From assembly GCA_038321575.1 (NCBI GenBank), contig JBBQFD010000002.1, positions 1 through 60,782 of the forward strand: a DNA stretch of 60,782 nucleotides. The letters run 5' to 3'. How positions within the stretch are numbered: position 1 is the first letter of the stretch; the number at the start of each line of letters is the position of its first letter. The stretch is from Bacilli bacterium (lineage in GTDB: Bacteria > Bacillota_I > Bacilli_A > RF39 > UBA660). Shown piece after piece: positions 1 to 10,173 of this stretch. The translations under genes and the position numbers were made by a program. The notes under the pieces are model-generated. The model worked only from the letters and a program-made list of their open reading frames with translations. It was not told the DNA's origin and did no database searches.

Positions 1-921
1 ATAAAGTCGACATATAATCATATAACTAAAGAAACTAAATATAATAATAACTTTGATAGTATTTTTGAAGATTTAACCAAATTAGGATACTACCATTTAG
101 GATACAATAGTTTCTTTGAATCATTTAAACCAAGATATGAAGCAATTATTGATATATCTCTACCATATAATGAAGTATTTATGAATTTTAATCGTAGTCT
201 TCGTAATAAAATAAGAAATACTGAATTAAAAGGAATTAAGATATATAAAAGTAATGATGAACATTTAGAGTATTTATATTTACAAACTAAAAAGAAATAT
301 CCTCGTGATTTAGATTATTTTAAAGATATGTATTCATTCTTTAAAGAACGTGATATGGTTGATTTTTATTACGCTAAATTAAATACTGCTGAATATTTAA
401 ATAAAATTAAAAATATTTATGAAAAATATGAACAAGATAGTCATGAAACTAATGAAAATATTATGAATAAAAAAGGTAATAATGAGAAATTAATTACCCG
501 TAAAATTGAAATTGATAAAAATCTAAGTGATAGTAAAAAAGAATTAATCACCGCTACGAAATTATTTAGTGAAAATCCTGATGGTCTTATCTTAGCATCA
601 GCATTAGTTATTAAAAAAGAAGATAATGCACATTTATTTATGGATGGCTTTGATTTAAAGTTTAAGAAGTTTAATGCTAAACACTTACTTATCTGGAAGT
701 TAATCGAGAAATATAGTACTGCGGGATTAAATACATTTAATCTTGGTGGTATGACTGAACTTAATTTAAAAGACAATAAATTCCAAGGATTAAATACTTT
801 TAAACTAGGTTTTAATCCCATTGTTAATGAGTATATTGGTGACTTTGAATTAATTACTAATAGTCGATTATACTTTACTTATCGTAATGCTAGACCATTA
901 AGATCAATATTAAAACAATAA
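1..921 (+). CDS. FemAB-family peptidoglycan interpeptide-bridge aminoacyltransferase (5' end outside window)
   Basis: Frame 1 is open from base 1 into the 181..921 ORF (..LGYYHLGYNSFFESFKPRYEAIIDISLPYNEVFMNFNRSLRNKIRN..). The overall layout resembles the C-terminal half of FemX/MurM-type proteins. Family assignment is from memory, not a search. Confidence 0.65.
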   Translation: MKSTYNHITKETKYNNNFDSIFEDLTKLGYYHLGYNSFFESFKPRYEAIIDISLPYNEVFMNFNRSLRNKIRNTELKGIKIYKSNDEHLEYLYLQTKKKYPRDLDYFKDMYSFFKERDMVDFYYAKLNTAEYLNKIKNIYEKYEQDSHETNENIMNKKGNNEKLITRKIEIDKNLSDSKKELITATKLFSENPDGLILASALVIKKEDNAHLFMDGFDLKFKKFNAKHLLIWKLIEKYSTAGLNTFNLGGMTELNLKDNKFQGLNTFKLGFNPIVNEYIGDFELITNSRLYFTYRNARPLRSILKQ

Positions 922-946
922 AAAAACTGAGTAATCTCAGTTTTTT
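921..946. terminator. Bidirectional intrinsic terminator between convergent femAB-like gene and tuf
   Basis: aaaaaactgag-taat-ctcagtttttt: 11-bp stem with A-run and T-run flanks, so it can function on both strands. Confidence 0.65.
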
Positions 947-959
947 ATTTGTTCATTAA

Positions 960-2144
960 TTATTTTACGATTTCTGAAACGTTACCAGAGCCAACTGTTC
1001 TACCACCTTCACGGATTGAGAACTTAGTTCCAGTTTCAATAGCTATTGGAGCGATTAATTCAACAACCATGTTGATATTGTCGCCTGGCATAACCATTTC
1101 TACACCTGCTGGTAATTCAATAACACCAGTTACATCAGTAGTACGGAAATAGAATTGTGGACGATAATTTGAGAAAAATGGTGTATGACGTCCGCCTTCT
1201 TCTTTACTTAATACATAAACTTGTGCTTTAAATTTCTTATGAGGTGTAACAGTTCCTGGTTTAGCAAGAACTTGTCCACGTTCAACATCTTCACGAGCAA
1301 TACCACGTAATAATAACCCAGCATTGTCGCCTGATTCAGCGTAATCTAATTGTTTACGGAACATTTCGATTCCAGTAACAACTGTTTTCTTAGTATCTTT
1401 GATACCAACGATTTCAACTTCATCATTAATTTTAAGTTGTCCACGTTCAACACGGCCAGTAACAACTGTTCCACGGCCAGTGATTGTGAATACGTCTTCG
1501 ATTGGCATTAAGAATGGCTTGTCATTTTCATGTACTGGATTTTCGATCCAAGTATCACAAGCATCCATTAATAAACCAATAGCTTCTTCGTATTTAGCAT
1601 CGCCTTCTAGGGCTTTTAATGCTGAACCACGAATTACTGGAGTGTTATCTCCATCAAAGCCATAAGTACTTAATAATTCACGGATTTCCATTTCAACTAA
1701 GTCTAATAACTCAGCATCATCAACCATGTCAACTTTATTCATGAACACTACCATACGAGGTACACCTACTTGACGAGCAAGTAAGATATGTTCACGAGTT
1801 TGTGCCATAGGTCCGTCGGTAGCAGCAATAACTAAGATTGCGCCATCCATTTGAGCAGCACCAGTAATCATGTTTTTAATATAATCGGCATGTCCTGGAC
1901 AGTCTACGTGTGCGTAGTGTCTAGTTGCTGTTTGATATTCAACATGAGCAGTATTAATAGTAATACCACGTGCTCTTTCTTCTGGGGCTTTATCAATTTG
2001 GTCATAAGCTTTAAAATCAGCCCAACCTTTTTTTGATAAGTATTTGGTAATAGCAGCTGTTAAAGTTGTTTTACCGTGGTCAACGTGTCCAATAGTCCCA
2101 ATATTAACATGGGTTTTTGAACGATCGAATTTTTGTTTAGCCAT
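960..2144 (-). CDS. tuf: Elongation factor Tu
   Basis: 394 aa with [17 protein letters not shown] and NKVD GTPase motifs. Full-length EF-Tu, downstream of fusA. Confidence 0.98.
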   Translation of the reverse strand: MAKQKFDRSKTHVNIGTIGHVDHGKTTLTAAITKYLSKKGWADFKAYDQIDKAPEERARGITINTAHVEYQTATRHYAHVDCPGHADYIKNMITGAAQMDGAILVIAATDGPMAQTREHILLARQVGVPRMVVFMNKVDMVDDAELLDLVEMEIRELLSTYGFDGDNTPVIRGSALKALEGDAKYEEAIGLLMDACDTWIENPVHENDKPFLMPIEDVFTITGRGTVVTGRVERGQLKINDEVEIVGIKDTKKTVVTGIEMFRKQLDYAESGDNAGLLLRGIAREDVERGQVLAKPGTVTPHKKFKAQVYVLSKEEGGRHTPFFSNYRPQFYFRTTDVTGVIELPAGVEMVMPGDNINMVVELIAPIAIETGTKFSIREGGRTVGSGNVSEIVK

Positions 2145-2217
2145 AATAATTTCCTCCTTATAATCTTATTTCATCTTTAATTTTATAATAATAGTGTGGA
2201 AAATTCAAGTGATTTTC

Positions 2218-4290
2218 TTAATTTCCACCATTTTTCTTAATAATTTCTTCAGCAATACTCTTTGGAACTTCTTCATAATGATCAAATTCCATAGTAAATG
2301 TACCACGTCCTTGTGTGTTGGAACGCAAGTTAGTCGCATATCCAAACATATCTGAAAGTGGAACAGTTGCGTTAATAGCAAGAGCGTTACCACGTGATTC
2401 TTGACCAAGTGGACGTCCTCTACGTGATGTAACATCACCCATAACGTTTCCTAAATATTCTTCAGGAACAATAATTTGAACTTTCATGATTGGTTCAAGT
2501 AAAACTGGTTTACATTTAGCTTTTGCTTCTTTAAGCGATAAGCTAGCTGCAATTTTAAAGGCCATTTCTGATGAATCGACATCATGGTATGAACCATCAA
2601 ATAAGGTTGCTTTAACATCGACCATTGGGTAACCTGCTAAAACTCCTGATTTTAATGCTTCTTGAATACCTTTATCAGTTACTGGAATATATTCACGAGG
2701 AACAGTTCCACCAACAATACCATCAACGAATTCATATCCTTTTTCAGGATTTGGTTCGTATTTAATCCATACGTGTCCATATTGTCCACGACCACCTGAT
2801 TGTTTGATATATCTACCTTCACATTCAGCGGCTTGAGTAATAGTTTCACGATATGAAACTTGTGGTTTACCAACGTTAGCTTCAACGGCGAATTCACGAC
2901 GCATACGGTCAACGATGATATCAAGGTGTAATTCACCCATTCCAGCAATAATAGTTTGTCCTGTTTCATGATTGGTACTAGCTCTAAAAGTTGGATCTTC
3001 TTCAGATAACTTTTGAAGTGCTATACCCATTTTGTCTTGATCTGCTTTTGATTTTGGTTCAACTGCAAGTTCAATAACTGGTTCAGGGAAAACCATTGAT
3101 TCTAGAATAATTTCATGTTTTTCATCACATAATGTATCGCCGGTAGTAGTATTTTTAAGTCCTACTGCAGCAGCAATATCACCAGCATAGACATCACTAA
3201 TTTCCGTACGGTTATTAGCATGCATTTGTAAGATACGACCAATTCTTTCTTTACTATTCTTAGTAGCATTTAAGATGTATGAACCACTACTTAAATGACC
3301 AGAATAAACACGGAAGAATGTTAGACGACCAACAAAAGGGTCAGTCATAACTTTAAATGCTAATGCACTAAATGGTTCGTTATCAGCTGGGTGACGACGT
3401 TCTTCTTCACCATGTTCATTAACACCAACAATTGATTCAACATCAACTGGTGACGGTAAGTAATCAATAACTGCATCAAGTAATAACTTAACACCAGTAT
3501 TGCTTAAAGCTGTACCACATAAAATGGGGAAGAATTTAACAGCAAGCGTTCCTTTACGAATTCCTCTTTTGATTAATTCGATTGAAACATCTTTACCATC
3601 TAAGTATTGATCCATTAATTCATCATCATATTCAGCTACTGCTTCAATTAATTCAGCGCGTTTTACTTCAACTAAATCTTTTAAATTAGCAGGAATATCA
3701 ATAATAATTGGTTCTTCATTTTCTTTACGATCATATTGGTATGCGGTTCTTGTTAACAAGTCGATAATACCAGTAAAATCATCTTCGGCACCAATTGGCC
3801 ATTGAAGTGGTTTAGCATTAATTCCTAAACGGCTATCAATAGTCTTTAAACTATAAGCAAAGTCTGCACCCATTTTGTCCATTTTATTGGCAAAAATCAT
3901 ACGTGGTACTTTGCATTCAGTTGCTTGACGCCAAACAGTTTCAGTTTGAGGTTCAACACCAGCTTGTGCATCTAAAAGAGCAATTGCTCCATCTAGAACA
4001 CGAAGTGATCTTAATACTTCAACTGTAAAGTCAACGTGTCCTGGGGTATCGATTATATTAAAACGATAGCCTTTCCAGAAAGCCGTTGTTGCAGCTGAGG
4101 TAATGGTTATTCCACGTTCTTGTTCTTGTGCCATCCAGTCCATAGTTGCAGCACCATCATGCACTTCACCTATTTTATGAATTTTACCAGTATGGAATAA
4201 GACACGTTCTGTCGTTGTTGTTTTACCAGCATCGATATGTGCCATGATCCCAAAGTTACGTGTTTTCTCTAACGTATATTCACGAGCCAT
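2218..4290 (-). CDS. fusA: Elongation factor G
   Basis: 690 aa with [17 protein letters not shown] and NKMD motifs. Sits in the str operon position. Confidence 0.98.
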   Translation of the reverse strand: MAREYTLEKTRNFGIMAHIDAGKTTTTERVLFHTGKIHKIGEVHDGAATMDWMAQEQERGITITSAATTAFWKGYRFNIIDTPGHVDFTVEVLRSLRVLDGAIALLDAQAGVEPQTETVWRQATECKVPRMIFANKMDKMGADFAYSLKTIDSRLGINAKPLQWPIGAEDDFTGIIDLLTRTAYQYDRKENEEPIIIDIPANLKDLVEVKRAELIEAVAEYDDELMDQYLDGKDVSIELIKRGIRKGTLAVKFFPILCGTALSNTGVKLLLDAVIDYLPSPVDVESIVGVNEHGEEERRHPADNEPFSALAFKVMTDPFVGRLTFFRVYSGHLSSGSYILNATKNSKERIGRILQMHANNRTEISDVYAGDIAAAVGLKNTTTGDTLCDEKHEIILESMVFPEPVIELAVEPKSKADQDKMGIALQKLSEEDPTFRASTNHETGQTIIAGMGELHLDIIVDRMRREFAVEANVGKPQVSYRETITQAAECEGRYIKQSGGRGQYGHVWIKYEPNPEKGYEFVDGIVGGTVPREYIPVTDKGIQEALKSGVLAGYPMVDVKATLFDGSYHDVDSSEMAFKIAASLSLKEAKAKCKPVLLEPIMKVQIIVPEEYLGNVMGDVTSRRGRPLGQESRGNALAINATVPLSDMFGYATNLRSNTQGRGTFTMEFDHYEEVPKSIAEEIIKKNGGN

Positions 4291-4310
4291 ACATATTTCC
4301 TTTCTTTATA

Positions 4311-4778
4311 TTACCAACGGTAATGAGCAAATGCTTTATTAGCTTCAGCCATACGGTGTATATCTTCACGCTTTTTGACAGCGGCACCAACACCATTAGC
4401 AGCATCCATAATTTCGTTTGCTAAATTTTCTGACATACTATGTCCACCTCTTAAGCGGGCATATTGAACTAACCAACGTAATCCCAATGCTTGAGAACGA
4501 TCATCACGAACTTCAATTGGCACTTGATAGTTAGCACCACCAACACGGCGGGCTTTAACTTCTAATGCTGGCTTGATGTTTGCAAGCGCTTTTTCAAAGG
4601 TTTCCATTGGAGTATCTTTACTTTTTTCTTTAATGACTTCGAAAGCTTCATATAAAATTGTTTGTGCAATTCCCTTCTTGCCATCGATCATTAAACGATT
4701 AATTAATTTTGTTACTAATTTTGATGAGTACATAGGATCAGCTAAAACATCTCTTTTAACTGCACGTCTTTTACGCAT
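4311..4778 (-). CDS. rpsG: 30S ribosomal protein S7
   Basis: 155 aa, typical S7 sequence ending ..AFAHYRW. Lies between rpsL and fusA. Confidence 0.97.
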   Translation of the reverse strand: MRKRRAVKRDVLADPMYSSKLVTKLINRLMIDGKKGIAQTILYEAFEVIKEKSKDTPMETFEKALANIKPALEVKARRVGGANYQVPIEVRDDRSQALGLRWLVQYARLRGGHSMSENLANEIMDAANGVGAAVKKREDIHRMAEANKAFAHYRW

Positions 4779-4805
4779 AATATCCTCCTTCCATAATTCT
4801 ATTCA

Positions 4806-5228
4806 TTAACTTTTTTTAACTTTTGGTCTTTTAGCGCCGTATTTAGAACGACCTTGACGACGTTTGTCGACTCCAGCAGTATCCATCGTACCACGAATGA
4901 TATGATAACGTACTCCGATTAAGTCTTTAACACGTCCCCCACGAATTAAAACCACACTATGTTCTTGTAAGTTGTGTCCTTCACCAGGAATATAAGCTGT
5001 TACTTCCATTTGGTTACTTAATCTAACACGAGCATACTTACGTAAAGCTGAGTTTGGTTTCTTTGGTGTTAGGGTTCCAACACGAGTACAAACTCCACGT
5101 TTTTGTGGTGCTATAGCATTAGTTTGTCTCTTTTCCTTGCTGTTAAATCCGATTGATAAAACTGGTGATTTACTCTTTCTAGTTTTAGCAGTACGGTTTT
5201 TTCTAACTAGTTGATTAATTGTAGGCAT
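4806..5228 (-). CDS. rpsL: 30S ribosomal protein S12
   Basis: ORF trimmed to the ATG at 5228 ([10 protein letters not shown]..), with a GGAG RBS just upstream. Contains the KKPNSALRK motif. Confidence 0.97.
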   Translation of the reverse strand: MPTINQLVRKNRTAKTRKSKSPVLSIGFNSKEKRQTNAIAPQKRGVCTRVGTLTPKKPNSALRKYARVRLSNQMEVTAYIPGEGHNLQEHSVVLIRGGRVKDLIGVRYHIIRGTMDTAGVDKRRQGRSKYGAKRPKVKKS

Positions 5229-5321
5229 ATTTCGGTCTCCTTTCATTACACACATCCAGGTGTTTCTTTTTTTACCTTAATTAAAGGTCTACCTAAGCAA
5301 ACCCTAATTAAATGCATTACC

Positions 5322-5351
5322 AATATATCATTTTATATATATGTTTGTCAA
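5322..5351 (-). promoter_or_regulatory. Putative sigma-A promoter of the rpsL-rpsG-fusA-tuf operon
   Basis: Minus-strand TTGACA (5346..5351), 18-nt spacer, then TGaTATATT extended -10 (5322..5330). An untranslated leader of roughly 90 nt follows and contains an imperfect hairpin. Confidence 0.45.
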
Positions 5352-5366
5352 CCTATTTTTAACGGT

Positions 5367-5768
5367 TTATTGATCTAAAACAGTTGTATAATTTAATGAT
5401 GAATAATTATTACCACACGTGATGTATGGTGTATAAGTATTTTCCTCTTTTATAACGTACCCACTACATGATATTGATGAGTCTTTGGGATCTTTAAAGT
5501 GATCTAAAGAACCATCTTTAAGTAGTTGTGATACTGTTATTACTACCATAACAGTATTGGTATCTGGATCAAAATGTGCTTTAAAATAAGTTTTAGAAGC
5601 GTTAGTTAATTCTACTTCCAGAGCTTGATATTTAGCATCATAATTAACATTGCTATTATCTGTTTTATTAATAATGTTTTGAAACATAGTTGCTGAAATA
5701 AATAAAGCAACTACTAAAATAAAACATAATACAAGCATTTCATTAAGTCCCCATCCACGATTATTCAT
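5367..5768 (-). CDS. Pseudopilin-like protein with a degenerate class III signal peptide
   Basis: N-terminus MNNRG|WGLNEMLVLCFILVVALF has Gly, Glu at +5 and a hydrophobic helix. C-terminal part has ..ITVSQLLKDGSL..DP..C..C.., like the other small pilins in the window. AGGAGG RBS lies 9 nt after the upstream stop. Confidence 0.55.
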   Translation of the reverse strand: MNNRGWGLNEMLVLCFILVVALFISATMFQNIINKTDNSNVNYDAKYQALEVELTNASKTYFKAHFDPDTNTVMVVITVSQLLKDGSLDHFKDPKDSSISCSGYVIKEENTYTPYITCGNNYSSLNYTTVLDQ

Positions 5769-5777
5769 ATTATCCTC

Positions 5778-6446
5778 CTAAAATAAATCTCTAACTTTAA
5801 TATCATTTTTAAAACGGTATAGTTTTGCTGGTCTGCCATTTAAGCCTTCGGTTTTTTCGCCAGTATATTCAATTAAACCTAAATTAATAAATTTCTTACG
5901 GAAATTACGACGATCTAATATTTTATTTAATATTTTTTCATAAACACTTTGAATTTCCGGTAAAGTAAAATCACTGGGATACATACTTTTTAAGACGTTA
6001 CTATTAACAATCTTCTTGCGTAAATAATCCGTTGCATCAGTAACAATAAGGTTGTGATCAAAGGCCATTTTTGGAACAGCATCAAGACTAAACCATTCAC
6101 TTTCATAAGATGATCTAACTTCTCTTTTAATTTCAACACTTTTACTATCAACTAAACCTAAGAAGTTAATCGCAATTAAGCGACTATCTAGTGTCCGATT
6201 AAGTTCACTATAAACATGAGTTTGTTCGATATGTAAATCGGTAAATCCCACTTTGTTATCAGCGACATGCATAACGTTATCTTCAATAGTTTCGTTATTT
6301 TTTAGATTATCACCTGGTAAGACCCAATAGTTTTTATATGGTTCGGTTTTTTTACGAAATAATAAGACTTTTAAGATGCCTTTTTCGATTGTAAAGACGC
6401 TAAGTAAGGTTTCTATAGTATTATTGGTGTTAATTTCATTAATCAT
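5778..6446 (-). CDS. NrtR-family (Nudix-related) transcriptional regulator with a degenerate Nudix box
   Basis: N-terminal Nudix-like fold, but the box reads G..E..HVADNKVGF, so the RE..EE catalytic residues are missing. C-terminal winged-helix signature ..RNFRKKFINLGLIEYTGEK..GRPAKLYRF is typical of NrtR. Confidence 0.7.
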   Translation of the reverse strand: MINEINTNNTIETLLSVFTIEKGILKVLLFRKKTEPYKNYWVLPGDNLKNNETIEDNVMHVADNKVGFTDLHIEQTHVYSELNRTLDSRLIAINFLGLVDSKSVEIKREVRSSYESEWFSLDAVPKMAFDHNLIVTDATDYLRKKIVNSNVLKSMYPSDFTLPEIQSVYEKILNKILDRRNFRKKFINLGLIEYTGEKTEGLNGRPAKLYRFKNDIKVRDLF

Positions 6447-6482
6447 TATAGTGCTCCTTTTGTGTTATTACTACACACTATT

Positions 6483-6511
6483 ATTATAGTGATTTTCTCT
6501 TGATTTGTCAA
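6483..6511 (-). promoter_or_regulatory. Consensus sigma-A promoter for the NrtR-like/pseudopilin pair
   Basis: Minus-strand TTGACA (6506..6511), 17-nt spacer, TATAAT (6483..6488). It lies immediately after the rpoC terminator. Confidence 0.6.
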
Positions 6512-6512
6512 C

Positions 6513-6537
6513 AAAAAAAGGACTTTCGTCCTTTTTA
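6513..6537 (-). terminator. Intrinsic terminator after rpoC
   Basis: aaaaaggac-gaaa-gtccttttttt on the minus strand, directly after the rpoC stop codon. Confidence 0.75.
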
Positions 6538-9500
6538 TTAATCCATTAGTTCTTGTTCTAATGCTTCAAGTGGTTCATCTTTTAACATATCAACTTCTAA
6601 GCTGTAATCAACTTTACGATATTTTTTAGCTCCCGTTCCCGCAGGAATTAGTTTACCAATAATAACGTTTTCTTTTAGACCTGTTAAATGATCAACTTTA
6701 CCATGAATAGCCGCATCAGTAAGGATTCTCGTTGTTTCTTGGAATGAAGCAGCAGATAGGAATGATTCAGTTTCAAGTGATACTTTGGTAATACCAAGTA
6801 AAACTGGTCTTCCGGTTGCTGGTGCTTTTCCTTCAAGAATAAGTTCTTTGTTAACGTTAGTAAATTTATTAATACTAATCATTACCCCTGGCAGGAATAA
6901 TGAATTACCTGAGTTAACAATCTTAATTTTTGAAATCATACGACGAGCCATTACTTCAACGTGCTTATCACTAATATCTACACCTTGTGAACGATAAACT
7001 TTTTGAATTTCTAATAAAATATATTGTTGAACAGTAATTGGATCAGTTACTACTAATAATTCTTTAGGACTAATTGCTCCATAATTGAATCTTTGGCCAG
7101 CTTTTACTTCTTGACCTACTTCAATAATAAGTTTAGTTCCATAGTGAGTAACATGTTCTTTAGTTTCAACATCATTTTTAACAGATACAGTGAAGCGTCC
7201 GTTTTCTTCTTCGATGCTAGATATAACACCATTGATTTCCGAAATAGTAGCTTTACCTTTAGGGATACGGGCTTCGAATACTTCTTCAACTCTTGGTAAC
7301 CCTTGAGTGATATCGTCTCCAGAAACTCCTCCACTATTGAATGTACGCATTGTAAGTTGTGTTCCTGGTTCCCCAATTGATTGGGCAGCCATAATCCCAA
7401 CTGCTTCACCGGTTTCAACAATTGAACCGGTTGCTAAGTTACGACCATAACATCTTTGACATACACCATTATCTGTTTTACACGTTAAGACAGTTCTAAT
7501 TGGAACTTTTTTAATTCCAGATGAACAAATCTTTTCGGCTAATTGTTCATTAATATAAGTATTGCGTTCAGCAATTACTTCTTTAGTATCAGGATGAATT
7601 ATTTTCTTGTTTGTGAAACGACCAGTAATACGATCGATTAATGATTCAATAACAGCACCATCTTTTTCATTTATAAATGGTTCAACTGCTACACCTTCAT
7701 CAGTTCCACAATCTTCTTCTTTAACAATGATATCTTGTACAACGTCAACTAAACGTCTAGTTAAATATCCGGCTTCTGCTGTTTTTAAGGCAGTATCAAC
7801 CGCACCTTTACGAGTACCATGAGTTGATAAGAAGAATTCAGAAATAGTTACCCCTTCACTGAATGATGATTCAACGGGGATTTCAATAAATCCTCCACCC
7901 GGTTTAACGAATAATCCACGCATCCCAACTAATTGGGTATGACTGCTGATATCGTGACGAGCTTTTGATTCCATCATAATTGAAATTGGGTTATCTTTAT
8001 CGGCTTTAACCATCGCTTCAAGTTCTTTTCGAACTTGTTTCTTGGCATCTTCCCAAGTATTGATAACTTTATCTAAACGTTCAGTTTCAGTAATTAATCC
8101 ACGTTTAAATTGTTGATTTATTTGGTCAACCAAAGCTTGGCTTTCCTTAACAATTCTTGGTTTTTCAATACTTTCTTTAATATCACTAATTGCAATTGAA
8201 ATACCTGATAAGGTTGAGAATTTAAATCCTAAATCTTTTAGTTTATCTAACATAACTGATGTTTCAGTTGTGTGATAACGTTTATAGATTTCCGCAATTA
8301 TTTTACCTAATTGCGTTTTATTAAATGCTTCAACAGTAGGCATTTCTTTAATTACTTCTTCAATATTAGCACCACGATCAGCAAAGAATTTAAGTGGTGT
8401 CATATTTTCGATATTTTCAATAACACCTTCATTAATATATTGGAAACTGTCAGGGAATATTTCATTAAAGATTATTTTACCGGCAGTTGTAATTAAATAC
8501 TTATCCATATATTTATCAGGGAATATCTTATATTTGAATGCTTTAACTGGTAAGGCAATACGAGTATGAAGTGATAATTCACGACGTTCGTAAGCCATCA
8601 TAGCTTCGTTAGGGCTTTTAAAGACCCTACCTTCACCTGGTAGACCAGCTTTTTCCATTGTTAAATAATAGTTACCTAAAACCATATCTTGTGATGGTGT
8701 AACAATTGGTTTACCATCAGTAGGTTTTAAGATGTTATTTGAACCTAACATTAATAAACGAGCTTCGCTTTGTGCTTCCTCACTAATTGGAACGTGAACC
8801 GCCATTTGATCACCATCGAAGTCAGCATTAAATGCTGTACAAACAAGGGGATGTAAACGAATTGAACGACCACTAATTAGTTTTGGTTGGAAAGCTTGGA
8901 TACCTAATCGATGAAGAGTTGGCGCACGGTTTAATAAAACCGGGTGCTCATGAATTTTTTCTTCAACAATATCCCAAACACGAGGATCTTGATTATCAAT
9001 CATTCTTTTAGCAGCTTTGATATTAGATGCTATTTCTTTAGTCATTAAACCATTAATAACATGTGGTTTGAATAGCTCTAAAGCCATTTCTTTAGGAATA
9101 CCACATTCATACATTTTTAAGGTTGGTCCAACAACGATTACTGAACGGCCTGAATAATCGACACGTTTTCCTAGTAAGTTTTGACGGAAACGTCCTTGTT
9201 TACCTTTAAGCATACTACTTAATGATTTTAAAGGGCGATTACCAGCACCAGTTATATTACGACCACGACGACCATTATCAAATAAAGCATCGACAGCTTC
9301 TTGAAGCATACGTTTTTCATTTTGAATAATGATTGAAGGTGCTCCTAAGTCCATTAATTTCTTTAAACGGTTGTTACGATTAATGACACGACGATATAAA
9401 TCATTTAAGTCACTAGTTGCGAAACGACCACCATCAAGTTGAATCATTGGACGTAATTCTGGTGGAATTACTGGCAAGGCATGTAAGATCATCCATTCTG

Positions 9501-10173
9501 GATGATTACCTGATTCTAAAAGTGCACTTAAAACATCTAATCTTTTAATTAAACGAATTCTTTTTTGAGAAGTAACATCTTTAATATATTCAATAGCTTT
9601 TTTAATTTCTGCTACTTCTTTATCAAGATTAACTTGTTTTAATAATTCTTCAATAGCTTCAGCACCCATACCAACACGGAAACTACTTCCGTATTTTTCA
9701 AAGTACGCACGATATTCTTTATCAGATATCGTTTGTTTCTTTTCAAGTGGGGCTGCTCCTGGTTCTAGAACAACATAAGATACAAAGTATAATACTTCTT
9801 CTAGATCACGAGGTGACATATCAAGGACAAGGCCCATACGAGGTGGAACTCCTTTGGAAAACCAAATATGTGATACAGGTGTTGCTAGTTCGATATGACC
9901 CATACGTTCACGACGTACTTTCGCACGTGTTACTTCAACACCACATCGATCACAGATAACACCTTTATATCTTAAACGTTTATATTTACCACATGAACAT
10001 TCAAAATCTTTATTTGGTCCAAATATTTTTTCACAAAATAGTCCATCTCTTTCGGGTTTTAAAGTACGGTAATTAATGGTTTCGGCTTTTTTAACTTCAC
10101 CATATGACCAAGCTCTAATTTTTTCTGGTGAGGCAATAGCGATTCTTAATCCTTCAAAATTATTAACATCCAT
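6538..10173 (-). CDS. rpoC: DNA-directed RNA polymerase subunit beta'
   Basis: 1211 aa with the [12 protein letters not shown] catalytic motif and an N-terminal zinc-binding Cys cluster. Confidence 0.98.
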   Translation of the reverse strand: MDVNNFEGLRIAIASPEKIRAWSYGEVKKAETINYRTLKPERDGLFCEKIFGPNKDFECSCGKYKRLRYKGVICDRCGVEVTRAKVRRERMGHIELATPVSHIWFSKGVPPRMGLVLDMSPRDLEEVLYFVSYVVLEPGAAPLEKKQTISDKEYRAYFEKYGSSFRVGMGAEAIEELLKQVNLDKEVAEIKKAIEYIKDVTSQKRIRLIKRLDVLSALLESGNHPEWMILHALPVIPPELRPMIQLDGGRFATSDLNDLYRRVINRNNRLKKLMDLGAPSIIIQNEKRMLQEAVDALFDNGRRGRNITGAGNRPLKSLSSMLKGKQGRFRQNLLGKRVDYSGRSVIVVGPTLKMYECGIPKEMALELFKPHVINGLMTKEIASNIKAAKRMIDNQDPRVWDIVEEKIHEHPVLLNRAPTLHRLGIQAFQPKLISGRSIRLHPLVCTAFNADFDGDQMAVHVPISEEAQSEARLLMLGSNNILKPTDGKPIVTPSQDMVLGNYYLTMEKAGLPGEGRVFKSPNEAMMAYERRELSLHTRIALPVKAFKYKIFPDKYMDKYLITTAGKIIFNEIFPDSFQYINEGVIENIENMTPLKFFADRGANIEEVIKEMPTVEAFNKTQLGKIIAEIYKRYHTTETSVMLDKLKDLGFKFSTLSGISIAISDIKESIEKPRIVKESQALVDQINQQFKRGLITETERLDKVINTWEDAKKQVRKELEAMVKADKDNPISIMMESKARHDISSHTQLVGMRGLFVKPGGGFIEIPVESSFSEGVTISEFFLSTHGTRKGAVDTALKTAEAGYLTRRLVDVVQDIIVKEEDCGTDEGVAVEPFINEKDGAVIESLIDRITGRFTNKKIIHPDTKEVIAERNTYINEQLAEKICSSGIKKVPIRTVLTCKTDNGVCQRCYGRNLATGSIVETGEAVGIMAAQSIGEPGTQLTMRTFNSGGVSGDDITQGLPRVEEVFEARIPKGKATISEINGVISSIEEENGRFTVSVKNDVETKEHVTHYGTKLIIEVGQEVKAGQRFNYGAISPKELLVVTDPITVQQYILLEIQKVYRSQGVDISDKHVEVMARRMISKIKIVNSGNSLFLPGVMISINKFTNVNKELILEGKAPATGRPVLLGITKVSLETESFLSAASFQETTRILTDAAIHGKVDHLTGLKENVIIGKLIPAGTGAKKYRKVDYSLEVDMLKDEPLEALEQELMD

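Noticed and set aside
441-2036. Track ORFs antisense to the femAB-like gene and tuf (441..821 -, 949..1152 +, 1399..1665 +, 1851..2036 +)
   Set aside because: They lie entirely inside strongly supported conserved genes on the opposite strand. Their composition is low-complexity Ser/Ile/Phe-rich and they have no RBS. These are shadow ORFs typical of AT-rich DNA.
2205-2969. Same-strand alternative-frame ORFs inside fusA (2205..2438, 2679..2969)
   Set aside because: The EF-G frame is continuous and fully conserved. The alternative frames have no start context or recognisable sequence.
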